Source: an uncultured Planctomycetaceae bacterium
GTDB taxonomy: Bacteria > Planctomycetota > Planctomycetia > Pirellulales > PALSA-1355
Assembly: GCA_963785305.1 (NCBI GenBank)
Contig: CAWAUV010000007.1
Location: forward strand, 224,001-288,000
Reading direction: 5' to 3'
Length of the DNA: 64,000 nt
Of the stretch, positions 53,902 to 64,000 are shown piece by piece (positions within the stretch are counted from its first letter, which is position 1; every line of letters begins with the position of its first letter). The position numbers and the translations under genes were made by a program. The notes beneath the pieces were generated by a model. The model was given only the letters and a program-made list of their open reading frames with translations. It was not told where the DNA came from and did no database searches.

Positions 53902-55221
53902 TCAGGTCAGATTCGGCAGCGGGCCGTCGGCGGCGTAGTCGGGATTGCCGAAGCGTTCGAGGCGGTGGCCCATGCCGTGGGCCAGCGAGAGCAGCAGGCG
54001 GTTGTGCGGCAGCTTCGGAAACTTGAGCGACCGGCCCATGCGGAAGTCGAGCCCGGAGCCCAGGAGCACGAACGGAATATCGTCGAGCGTGTGCGAATTG
54101 CCTTTGCCAAGCTCGTTCGTCCACACAATCAGCGTGTTGTCGAGCAAACTGCCCTCGCCGCCCGGCTCGGGAGTCTCGGCCAAGCGGCGGGCCAAATAGG
54201 CCAATTGCTCGGCGAACCAGTGGTTGATCCGAATCAGCTTGTCGCGAGCCCCTTCGTTATTGTCGGGCTCGTGCGATAGATGATGGTGATCGTCGTCGAT
54301 ACCTAGCCACCGCATCTTGGCTTGGCCCACGGAGTTCGTGTACTGGAGCGTGACCACGCGGGCAAAGTCGGCCGCCAGGCTGTTGACGATCAGTTCGACC
54401 TGCAGCTTGCTGATCCGGGGGATTTCGTCGTTCTCTTCCTTGATGCCTTGTTCGATCGCGGGCATCGCGTGGTCGGCGCCATGGTCGGCGGCCGACTTGA
54501 GTTCCCGCTCCATCTCGCGAACAAACGTGGCGTGTTCGTCGAGCAAGCGGCGATCGTCCTTGCTAATCACGCCCTCGATCTTGCGCAGGTCTTGTTGCAC
54601 ATCGTCGAGCACGCTGCCGAGCACCGCTTCTTCCTGGGCCCGGCCATAGAGCTTGCGAAACATCTGATACGGATTGTCGATCGGCGCGATCGGGCGGTTG
54701 GCTCCGGCATAGACCATGCGCGTCCAGGTATCGGCGCGGTCGGGCACCATCACGCCAAATTCGAGCGAGCCGAATCGGGTTCGCGTCGCTTCATCGCGCT
54801 GTAAGAAGTTCTTGATCTCCTGATCGATCGAGATGCCGCTCGACCAACCGGCCGGGGTGTGCGAGCCGCCCTGGATATTGCCGGGAAAGAGCTCGACTCC
54901 GGTGAGCAAGCAGCCGATGCCGCGCATATGGTTGTCGCCATCGCCGCGCACCTTGTCGCACACTCCATGCAAGGTGAGCAACCGCGAACGAAAGGGCTCG
55001 AGCGGCTCGAGGCTCTTGGGCAATGTGAATTGCTCGCCTTCCTCGCTCGGCCAAAACGCGTCGGGAATCACGCCGTTGGGCGAAAACACCACGATCAACC
55101 GCTGCTTGCGCCGCGACTGATTGGCGAAACACAAGCTGGGCAGGTTCAACACAAACGGCGCCGCCGCCGCGCCGATTCCCAACTTGCGAATAAAGCGACG
55201 CCGTGAAAGTAGTCGCGACAT
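53902..55221 (-). CDS. DUF1552 family Tat-exported protein
   Basis: [39 protein letters not shown]. Confidence 0.88.
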   Translation of the reverse strand: MSRLLSRRRFIRKLGIGAAAAPFVLNLPSLCFANQSRRKQRLIVVFSPNGVIPDAFWPSEEGEQFTLPKSLEPLEPFRSRLLTLHGVCDKVRGDGDNHMRGIGCLLTGVELFPGNIQGGSHTPAGWSSGISIDQEIKNFLQRDEATRTRFGSLEFGVMVPDRADTWTRMVYAGANRPIAPIDNPYQMFRKLYGRAQEEAVLGSVLDDVQQDLRKIEGVISKDDRRLLDEHATFVREMERELKSAADHGADHAMPAIEQGIKEENDEIPRISKLQVELIVNSLAADFARVVTLQYTNSVGQAKMRWLGIDDDHHHLSHEPDNNEGARDKLIRINHWFAEQLAYLARRLAETPEPGGEGSLLDNTLIVWTNELGKGNSHTLDDIPFVLLGSGLDFRMGRSLKFPKLPHNRLLLSLAHGMGHRLERFGNPDYAADGPLPNLT

Positions 55222-55282
55222 GGTTTCATCTCCCGACGCAAAAGGTCCGCCCAATGGAGTGGATTCGAGGTTGTGGCGCGTT

Positions 55283-57726
55283 TCAAGGCGCCGGCGACAT
55301 CGGCTGCGTCGCAACCGTCTCTCCGGCCGGTTTCGAGCCCGGCTCGAGCGCCGCCAAGAGCACGATGTTCACCACCAGCTTTCGGATATTGTAACCATCG
55401 GCCGCGAATCCTGCGCAGCAATGCCTCGCGCTTCGCGGGATCATAGGCCCGAATCGGCTGTTTCACCATGTGATGAAACAGTTGCTCGACAAACGCTTCG
55501 TGGGTTTCGGGAGCGCCGGCCAAAAATGTCGCGAGGTCGCGCACATTCGCGAAATGCACTATTTCGCCGGCGCGAGTTTGATACACGCCGGCCGAGTCGA
55601 TCGGCTTGCCCTGCTCGTCGCCGCGGAAGCGCCCGAGCGCGTCGAAATTCTCGAAGGCAAACCCCAGCGGATTGATCATCCGATGACATGATTGACACGC
55701 GGTGGCGCTGGTCTGCAGCGAGATGCGCTCGCGCGTCGTGAGCGTCGGCTGCAATTCGGGCGGCGCCGGCGCCACGGCTTCCGGCGGCGGGCGAAGCGAA
55801 CGACCCAGCACGCTACGGGCAATGAACACTCCGCGATGGATCGGCGAGCTCGTGGCCGAATAGGCGAGCCCCGCCATCATATACGGATGCGTGAGCACGC
55901 CGGCGGCGGAGCGCCCGATAACGTGACTTTTTGAAACGGAGCGTCTTCGGCCAGCGGCGCTCCATAGAGCTTGGCGAGCCGACCATTGAGAAACAGCTCT
56001 TGCCCGAGCAGCAATTGGCGAAAGTCCGATGCATCGCTGCCCACGACGTCGTCGAGCATCAGTTCGAGCGAAGTGCGGAGATCGGTGATGGTTTGCAGAT
56101 CGAAATCGCCGCCGAGTCGTGCGTCCTTGCTCATTTCGGCGAACCGCTCGACATTGAGCCAGCTCAGAAAAAACTCGCGCAGCTTGGCCTTGGCCCGCAA
56201 GTCGTCGAGCATGCGCTCGGCATGCCGCCGGGCGACCTCGGGCCGGGTAAGATCGCCGCGCTGCGATTGGGAAATTAGCTGGGCGTCGGGCAACGAATCC
56301 CAAAGTTCGAGCGCCAGCCGACCGGCCACGCGATAGGCATCGCCCGGGGATGCCTCGCCGCCGAGAGAGACATCGCAGTACAAAAAGCGAGGCGAGAGTT
56401 GAAAGAGCAGCAGGGAACGCTCGATCGCCCGAGTCGGGTCCTCGATCGCGGCAAAGGGCCGTTCGATGAAAAACTCGCGCTCTTCCGCCGATAGCGGCCG
56501 GCGAAACGCGCGCTCGCCCCAGCGCCCGGCGAATTCCTTCAGCTTGGGCTTGCGGTCGGGATTGTCCGGCTTGTCGCCCGCGAGCTCCGCGAGGTGGTCG
56601 AGCACATAGGCCGTGGTTTCCAAGGCCCCGTCGGCCGCCGCTTGGCTCCACGCCTGCGAGATCGCCGCGCCGCGCTCGTAGCCCAAGCTGCGATCGTCGG
56701 CCGGGAAGCGAGTCGTGGCCACATACGTTTCCGGAAACCACTCGGGCGAGAGCAACCGCTCGGGCACGACCCGCGGAGCCGAACGCGGCGGTCGCCAGCG
56801 AAGCACGATCGAGGCCGACTTCTCCTTGGCCTTCTTCGACTTCGACATTTGCAGCCGTAGCGGATAGGCGCGACCGCCCAGAAGTTCGATCGAGCCGCGA
56901 AATTCGGAGTCGGCGCCCGACTTCACCGTGGCGTCGATCAAAGGCACTTTATTGTTGTTCACATAAAGCTGCATCCCGGTCTCGCAGGCGACGATGAATT
57001 CATACTCGCCGCTATCGGGGGCGAGCACCGCGCCTTGCCACTGAACGGAAAACTCCTCGGCGTCGTGCATCTTCTCCGCGTCGGGACTGCCTTCGCCAAA
57101 ATGAAAGTCGACAACCGGATCGATGCGCTCAAACGCCTTGTCCTGTTGCTTATAGTGCGACGATTTGTAGTACGTCGCCTTGAGCCCGCGCTCCGCTTTC
57201 CAAAGATTGCCGCCGCGAAAGCCGCCGACCAGATCGGCCGCCACCATGTGGTATTGCCGGGCCGTGAGCCGCGAGAGATCGATGCGCGCTGGTCGAATTC
57301 GCGATTGGGCCACCGGCGAGTAAAAGGCATTGTAGATGTATTCCGACACCTGGCGGGCATCGTCGCCCACGCAGGAGCCCGGATCGTCTTCGGGCATGCT
57401 TTTGGCGATGTAGTCGGCGAGCTCCGGAATCGAGCGATCGCCCACGAGCGGCTTGGCGTCGTGGTCGACGCCGCCCTCGCCCGTGGCCCCGTGGCACTTG
57501 AGGCACTGCTTGCGATAGGCCGCTTCACCCTTGGCCACGCTGTTCGATTCGCCGTCGGCGTCGCGGATCGCGGGGCTGGAGCTTTGGTCGTCGGCCCGCA
57601 GCCGACGGGCGGGCGCAACGAGCGCGAGCAGAGTCGCCGCGGCGATCGCGAGCGCGGTGCGCGGCCTTGGGCGTTTTAAGAGGGCGGCCTGCGCGCAGCG
57701 GTGGAAGAGGCAAGGTCGTGCGACAT
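55283..57726 (-). CDS. Cytochrome c / PA14 / DUF1592-DUF1588-DUF1585 multidomain protein (frameshifted)
   Basis: CLKCHG, PA14-like [50 protein letters not shown]; adjacent to DUF1552. Confidence 0.8.
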
Positions 57727-58034
57727 GGATCGAGGCGGGTGGAGGGAGTCGAGGGATTGGAATCCCCGGGGGTGGATGCGACCAAGCAGGATTTCAGTAT
57801 ACCGCGAATCGGAGCGGCGAGTAGCAAAGCGGTTCGGCCCGGAGTGGAAAATTTAGCCGTCTCGGGCATCGTGAGTCCGCGGCCGCATGCTTATTTGGGG
57901 GGCGGCCGACCGTATACTCGGCCCCGGCGGAGAATTATCATAAGACACTCGCGGAGGCGCCCCGTTGTCGGCCGCCCTTGTTTGCCAATGACCGATCCCG
58001 ATTTACCCCTAGTTTTTGAAGGAGCCCACCGAGC

Positions 58035-58889
58035 ATGAGACACGACTGGACCCGTCGCGAATTTTTAGGAGCGAGCGCGGCCGCCGCGGCCGCCGCGCTC
58101 TTGGCGCCGCGCGGCGCCTGGGCCATCGACGAAAACCGTGCCCGCTTCGGCGGCTTTCTCGTCGGAGTGCAAAGCTTCACGTTTCGCTCGTTTTCGCCCG
58201 ACAAGACCCTCGACATGATTCAGCAGCTTGGGCTGCACGCCGTGGAATTCTTTCCCGGCCAGTATCCGATCAATTCGTCGGACGAGCAGATCGCCACGAT
58301 GAAGCAGAAATGCGAATCGCACGGCATCGTGTGCAATGGCCACGGCGTCAACGGCTTCGGCGGCAACAAAGACGCCAATCGCAAGGTTTTCGAATTCGCC
58401 AAGAAGGCCGGCATCAAGAACCTCTCGGCCGACCCGACGCCCGAGGCGTTTGGCAATCTCGACGAACTCGTGGCGGAATATGACATTCGCATCGCGATCC
58501 ACAACCACGGCCCCGGCGCGCGCTACAACAAGGTCAGCGATGTGCTGAAGGCGATCCAAGGCCACGACAAACGGATCGGCGCCTGCGCCGACCTGGGACA
58601 TTACATTCGTTCGGGCGAAGACCCGGTGGAAGTAATCCGGCAGCTCGAAGGCCGGCTGTATGGCATTCACCTCAAGGACTTCGCCGAGCCGAAGGGCAAC
58701 GCCAAGGGCACGATCCTGGGCAAGGGATGCCTGAATGTCGAGGCCGTGTTCAAGGCCCTGCACAAGGTGAACTTCCCCGCCGACGGCTGCTTGTCGATCG
58801 AGTACGAGGAAAACGCGAAAGACCCGATGGACGACATGAAGCAAAACGTGGCGATTGCCGCCGAAGCCGCCCAAAAAGCGGCGGCCTGA
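58035..58889 (+). CDS. Tat-exported sugar phosphate isomerase/epimerase (TIM barrel)
   Basis: TRREFL, AIHNHGP, CADLGH, IHLKD, LSIEYE. Confidence 0.9.
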   Translation: MRHDWTRREFLGASAAAAAAALLAPRGAWAIDENRARFGGFLVGVQSFTFRSFSPDKTLDMIQQLGLHAVEFFPGQYPINSSDEQIATMKQKCESHGIVCNGHGVNGFGGNKDANRKVFEFAKKAGIKNLSADPTPEAFGNLDELVAEYDIRIAIHNHGPGARYNKVSDVLKAIQGHDKRIGACADLGHYIRSGEDPVEVIRQLEGRLYGIHLKDFAEPKGNAKGTILGKGCLNVEAVFKALHKVNFPADGCLSIEYEENAKDPMDDMKQNVAIAAEAAQKAAA

Positions 58890-58925
58890 AAAGCCGGCGA
58901 GATCGTTCTAGCGACGAAAACAGCG

Positions 58926-58970
58926 ACGGGCTCATTTTGCAACGACGCAAAATGAGCCCGTTTTTATTTT
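58926..58970. terminator. Terminator between convergent genes
   Basis: ACGGGCTCATTTTGC/GCAAAATGAGCCCGT plus a T run. Confidence 0.85.
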
Positions 58971-58987
58971 GGAATTCGAGCGGGAGG

Positions 58988-61900
58988 CTATTTCGCCGCG
59001 GCGGGGTTCTTGGCGGTTTGCACGGTGGCGCCGCCGATGGCTTTGTTGATCTTGCCGATCAGCGCGTTGTACTTCGCCACCATGTCGGGACCGCTCAGGG
59101 ACGGCGACTTGATCATCATCGTGTGGAGCAGTTTCCGGGCGGTGTCGGCCTTGGTGGCGTCTTTCGTGGACTCGAACTCCATGTACAAGCAGCTCGCGGC
59201 GTAGTAATTGGCCTCGAACAGTTCGGGCAACGGCTTTCTTCCACGAGCGGCGCCGGCGAGCATCCGCGCGATGCCGGCCCATTCCCTGGCCGCGTCTTGG
59301 AGTCGGGCCGGTTCTTTCTCGGCCCAGGCTTGCAAGAGCCGGGCCTTGACCACTTTCGGCTCGAGGGCTTTTGGCTGTTCTTCGATCAGCTTGTCGATTT
59401 GCTCGACGCCGGTCTTGAACTCGCCTTTCTGCTGCAAGAGCCCCACGAGTTGGGCGCGGATTTGCGGAATGAACTTAAGCACCTTGGGACCGACCGAGTC
59501 TTTCTCCTTATCCACCTGCGCGAGGGCGGTGGTGTAGAACTGCTCGGCGAGGTTGGTGGCGCCGATTTTGGCGGCGATGCCGCCCATGTAGATGCGGCCA
59601 TCAAGCGTGTGGTTCTGCTTGGCGCCGAGTTTTTCGAGCAGCTTGGTGATATTGCCTTTGAGTCCAAACACGCGAGCTTCGGCGTCGTCGATCTTGGCGC
59701 GATCGCCATCAGTCTTGGCGTCGGTCAGGGCGGCTTCGGCGGCTTTGTATTCCTCGCCCAGGAGACCAACGAAATTGACCGCGATGCTATTGATCTGCGG
59801 GGAATCCTCGCCACTCAAGTCGATGAGCGATTCGGCGGCGGCGCCGCCCTTGTCGAATTCGCCGGCGCCGTTGTAACTTCGCACCGCGAGAATAAACGTT
59901 CTTTGAACCGACTTGTCGATCTGTTCCGGCTTTTTGGCTTTGTAGCTGTCGATAATCGGCTGGAGCAGGGCCGCGGCGCCCTTGAAGTCGCCTTTTTCGT
60001 ATTTCACGTCGCCGAGAAGCTGCTGCAAGTCGAGCAGTTCCTCCGATGGCCCCTCGCCCGCCGCCTGTTTCTTCTTGAGGTTGTCGAGCCCGGCGAGCAG
60101 TTGCTTCTCGGCCTGATCGCGTTCGGAGTCGATCAGGGCCTGATCGCGCTGCTCGGCGGGCTTGGACTTGGCGACGGCGTAGAGATGGTAGTGGAGCGTG
60201 CCGGCGAGTTGGCAGGCCTGGGGAAAGCTGAGCGAGCGCTCGCTCACGCCCTCGAGCGCCTTGATCGCTTCGTCGTATTGTCCGCGGAGCGCGGCTCCGC
60301 GGCCGAGCGCAATGCGCACTTCGTCGGCCTCGGCGCGATCTCCCCACTTTTTGAGCGTGAATTCGGCCACGCTCTGCATTCGCTTGAAAAGGGCGCTGCG
60401 CTGTTCCTCTTCCTTGGCTTTGTCGTCGTCTTTTACTTCGCCGGCTTCCGCCAGCAAAATTCGCACGCACAACGTCGCGGCCTTGGGCGCGACCTCGCTC
60501 TCGGGATCGGGACTCTTGGCGGCCTTGCTCGCAAGCTCATAGGCTTCGTCGAACTTCTGATTCTTCAATCGCGAGAGCGCCGCCATGAAGTTGGCCTTGT
60601 CGAGGCCGGTCTTCATGTCCACGACCCGCTTTTTCTTGTCTTCCTTCTCCTTGGGAGTCTCGCCCGGCTTGGGAACGTCGGCCAGTTCGAGGGCGCAGTT
60701 CATAGAGCTTGAGCGCCGCTTCCCACGAGCCATTGTTGGCCGCTTCGTCGGCCGAGAGCGCGGCTTCGTTGAAATCCTTGATGTTGGCCACGTCGCCGCC
60801 CGCGCCGCCTTCCTCCGATTTGCCCTCGAAAAACTCCTTGTAAAGACGCATCGCCTCGAGCCGCGACTCGCTCTTGACCTTCACGATCTCCTTGAGCCGC
60901 TTGCGGGCCGCGTCGCTGAGCTTGGTCGCCTCGGGGCCGGTGGCCTTCTTGGCTTTTTCCAGATTCAACTTCGCGAACTGGAGCGCGATGGCCTGATACC
61001 CATCGGTCTTGCGATATGCCTTCTTCAGGTCCGAATCCGGATTGCCCGGGCCGCCGAAATCCCATTGCTTGAGCCACGCGCCGGCGTCGTCGAGGTAGGC
61101 CTCGGCCCCTTTCTTGCGCAGCGTAATCAACATGTTGAAATTCGCGTTCTGGGAGAGCAGCGGCTCGATGCCCGAGGGCTTGGCCCTGGCGTCGGACGAA
61201 CCCTCGGGCTCCATGGCGCTGACTTCGTCGTAGATGTCTTGGGCCTTGACCTCGTCGCCCATTTCGTCGGCGCATTTGCCGTCCCACACGTGGGCATAGA
61301 GGCTCAAGACGCCCAGGATCGTGAGCACGCCGCGGTTCTCTTGATAGATTGCGTCGAACGCCTTTCCGGCGGCCTTGAGCGCCTCCTTGCGCGGGCCGGC
61401 CTTGTGGTCGAGATAGGTCTGGGCGATGTAATAATCGGCCATCGCCAGACTCATGCGCACTTCATACCAGTCGAGCTTGGCGTCGGCGATGGCGTCGAGC
61501 ACCGCCTGTTTCTGCTTGTTGGTCCGACCGCCCTTGTCGCCCTTGGCTTCCAGCGCTTCGTACTTGGTCTGATAGCTGGCGACCGTGGCGGCGAGGCCGC
61601 TCTTGGCTTCTTGAAACGCCTTGCGAGCCTCTTCCATCTGCTTGGCGGCTTCGGTCTTGTCGGGGTTGAGCTTCGCCTCGGCCAAGAGCGTCATCGCGTT
61701 TTCGTTGGCGGCTTCGCCGAGCAGCGCCTTGGCGCGAGCCGCGTCGGGGCTGTCGGGGTGGTCGGCGATGAACTTCTGGGCCATGGCCTTGTATTTGGCC
61801 TCGCGCTGCTCGGCCTCGGTCGGATTGTAGGCCTCGCGCACCGAGTCCTTGATGAAAATCGCCATCTGCAAGTCGTAGCTGTCCTTGATCGCCGGCGGCA

Positions 61901-62081
61901 CCTTGTTTTGCGCTTCGAGCGACTCGAGATAGTCGATGCCGACTTCACCATAGTCGGCGCTCTCGAGCGCTCGCAGGAATTCCATCGTGGGCTCGGCGGC
62001 GCCAACCACGCCGGCAGCGCACCAAAACGCCAGGGAACATGGAACGACAAGCCGGTGGGAAAGAGCGCGCGACATGAGCAT
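58988..62081 (-). CDS. Large secreted alpha-helical (TPR-like) protein (frameshift near 60700)
   Basis: Signal peptide; two long A/K/E-rich helical ORFs overlapping at the shift. Confidence 0.65.
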
Positions 62082-62500
62082 GGAACCGAGTGGCTTGGGT
62101 GACGAATTTAGACGGAAACGCTAAGAATAGACCGTGGCTGGACAGGCCCCCCGAGCAACCCGCCCGGCGATTGAGCGGCTCAAGCGGCGACGGGATCGCC
62201 CCGCAATCCGCTTGCGACCCGGCGGGGGCCGGCGGCTCGGGCCCGCGTCAGGCCGCGCTGGGTGGCCCCATGAAAATTATCCCCTGACCGATTCGCGCGA
62301 GTCGCCGGCGCAATCGCGGCAAACGGCCGACGATCGATCACCGCCCAACTCGATTGTAACACGGCGGCGAGGCCGTTGTGCGGGCTAGCGATTCGTTTTT
62401 TAGCCATTGCCCCGCCCGCGCGGGGTCACTCGTTCTGGGTCGCCGGCTCGGGGTCGCCCAATCCGGGCCGACCGCCCGTTTCCGCTCGGCGCCCGATTTA

Positions 62501-64000
62501 CTATTTTTTCTTCTCTTCGCCCTTCTTGCCGGCTTCGTCGAGTTTATAGAGCGGCAGATAGCGATAGTAGACTTCAAGCGTCAGGCAACTCAGGCTGGTC
62601 TCGAAGATGCGGCCCGCTTCTTCTCCCCAGTGGTCCTTGGCCGGATCCCAACTCCCGGTCGCACAGCCCGACTTGACTTGCGAGTCGATCAGAATCTTGC
62701 GCATCGCGCGGTTCCAAGAATCCCACTCGGGGCCGGGCAGGTTGTGCATGACCTGGGTGGCGTAGTACCAGAAGTAGACATTGCGCTGGCCCGGGTTCGG
62801 CATGTGGCCCATCAGAAAAGCCGTGCCGCCCTTGATGATCGGATCGTCTTTCGAGGCGCCAAGATATTGCGAGCACAAGAGACCCACGGCGCTCATCGGC
62901 GGACTGAAGCCCTTGCCGACCATGTAGCCGAACTGACCGGTTCCGTTGCCGCAAGAAGTGAGAAACCGCTTGGCGCCATCGAGCGTTTGACTGTTGACGG
63001 CCAAGCCGGCCATGTGGGCATCTTGAGGCCCATGACTTGCCAACCCACGACCGAGGTGTCGCCCTCTTGCCGCGGAGCGTATCGCCAGCCGCCGCCGGCC
63101 GGATGCTGCGATTGTTCGATGAAATAGATCGCTTTCTGCGCGGCGGCGCCGTAGTTCTTGTCGCGACTCAGCCCATAGGCTTCGCAAAGGCAAATCGTGC
63201 AAAGGCCATGGGTATACATTTGCGACTGACCGCCACCGCCGGCCGAGAGATCGCCATCGCCTTTTTGATTGCTGGCCAGCCAGTACAGGCCGTTTTTAAT
63301 GGTTGCTTGATAAGGCCCCTTGGTCAGATGCGTTTGGCCGGCCGCCAGGAAGGGCAGGAGCGCCATGGCTGTCGCCGCCGGGTTCGACTTGATCTTGCTC
63401 GCGCCGCCGGCGCAGGTGCCGTCTTTACAGCGGGCAATGTATTCCGAGAGCGACCAGCTTCCGTCGGGACTCTGATGCCGAGCCAACCAACTGAGCGCCG
63501 CGGCCACGGCTCGCTCCGACTGCTTCGTGCCGCCATTGGCGCTGAGCACGGCGTTGCGCACACCTTGGCCGCGTCCGCCAAAACCCGTGCCCTTGTCGCC
63601 CGAACCAATGCCTTGGCCGTTGCTGACCTGACCGCCCAAGCCGCCGGGGCCCTTCGACATCACGCCATTGGATATCGACTTCAGGTCGGGCGACATGCCG
63701 GGCAGGTTGGCGGCGTTGGCCACCGATTGGCCTCCGCCCGCTTCAACAAACGGGTCGTCGGGGGTGGTGTTGATTTGCTCCTCGACATTGGGCGGCTTTT
63801 CGGTCAGCGAATCGGTGTCGAGCACCGTGGGATCGATTGGGGTCTCGCCGACTTCCACGGTCTCGATCTCGGGAACCGCCTCGAGCTTGGCGTCTTCGAA
63901 TTCCGGATGCTCGCCCTCTTGCTTGGGCGCGACATAAATGGCGCCGAGCACCAACATGGCGACCGAGAGAATCAGAAAGTGCGCCGTGGCGCTCGTGGCC
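62501..64000 (-). CDS. Prenyltransferase/squalene oxidase repeat protein (frameshift near 63020; starts beyond window)
   Basis: WLARHQSPDGSW, TAMALLPFL, MYTHGLCTICLCEAYG, GGWRY, DTSVVGWQ, YFWYYATQ, LTLEVYYRYLPLY. Confidence 0.88.

Overview
GC-rich bacterial DNA with a gene content typical of Planctomycetota (sulfatase, DUF1559-like, DUF1552/DUF1592, prenyltransferase-repeat and 'WLGIPPEEQPPNHYRLLG' proteins). Many conserved genes carry single-base frameshifts, most likely uncorrected long-read indels. The first 11.3 kb is a nested mobile island next to tRNA-Ser(TGA). It holds an IS1380-type transposase, an IS630 stub, an internally deleted IS66, a truncated REP-associated tyrosine transposase (RAYT), and two inverted, near-identical group II introns bracketing an Rhs toxin / DUF1559-like / orphan-Rhs cassette. 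Both introns sit after the same GGGGTCAGG motif, which is part of a RAYT-adjacent palindrome and is complementary to an EBS1-like loop in the intron. From 12 to 43 kb are mostly housekeeping and accessory genes: sulfatase, diguanylate cyclase, CotH, tRNA-Ala, a second IS66 copy, a K+ channel, Maf, a P-II-led kdpFABC operon with KdpE-like boxes, methyltransferases, serA and ackA. From 44 to 53.6 kb is a cysteine/sulfur locus: a cysteine dioxygenase-flavoprotein fusion, two near-identical Family 2B encapsulin shells, a cargo cysteine desulfurase, and divergent cysK-cysE. The cysK and encapsulin leaders share an unannotated structured motif (candidate riboswitch/attenuator), and an orphan structured ncRNA lies nearby. 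The rest is planctomycete-type secreted proteins. No CRISPR array or rRNA was seen. Family assignments come from motif recognition only; no searches were run.
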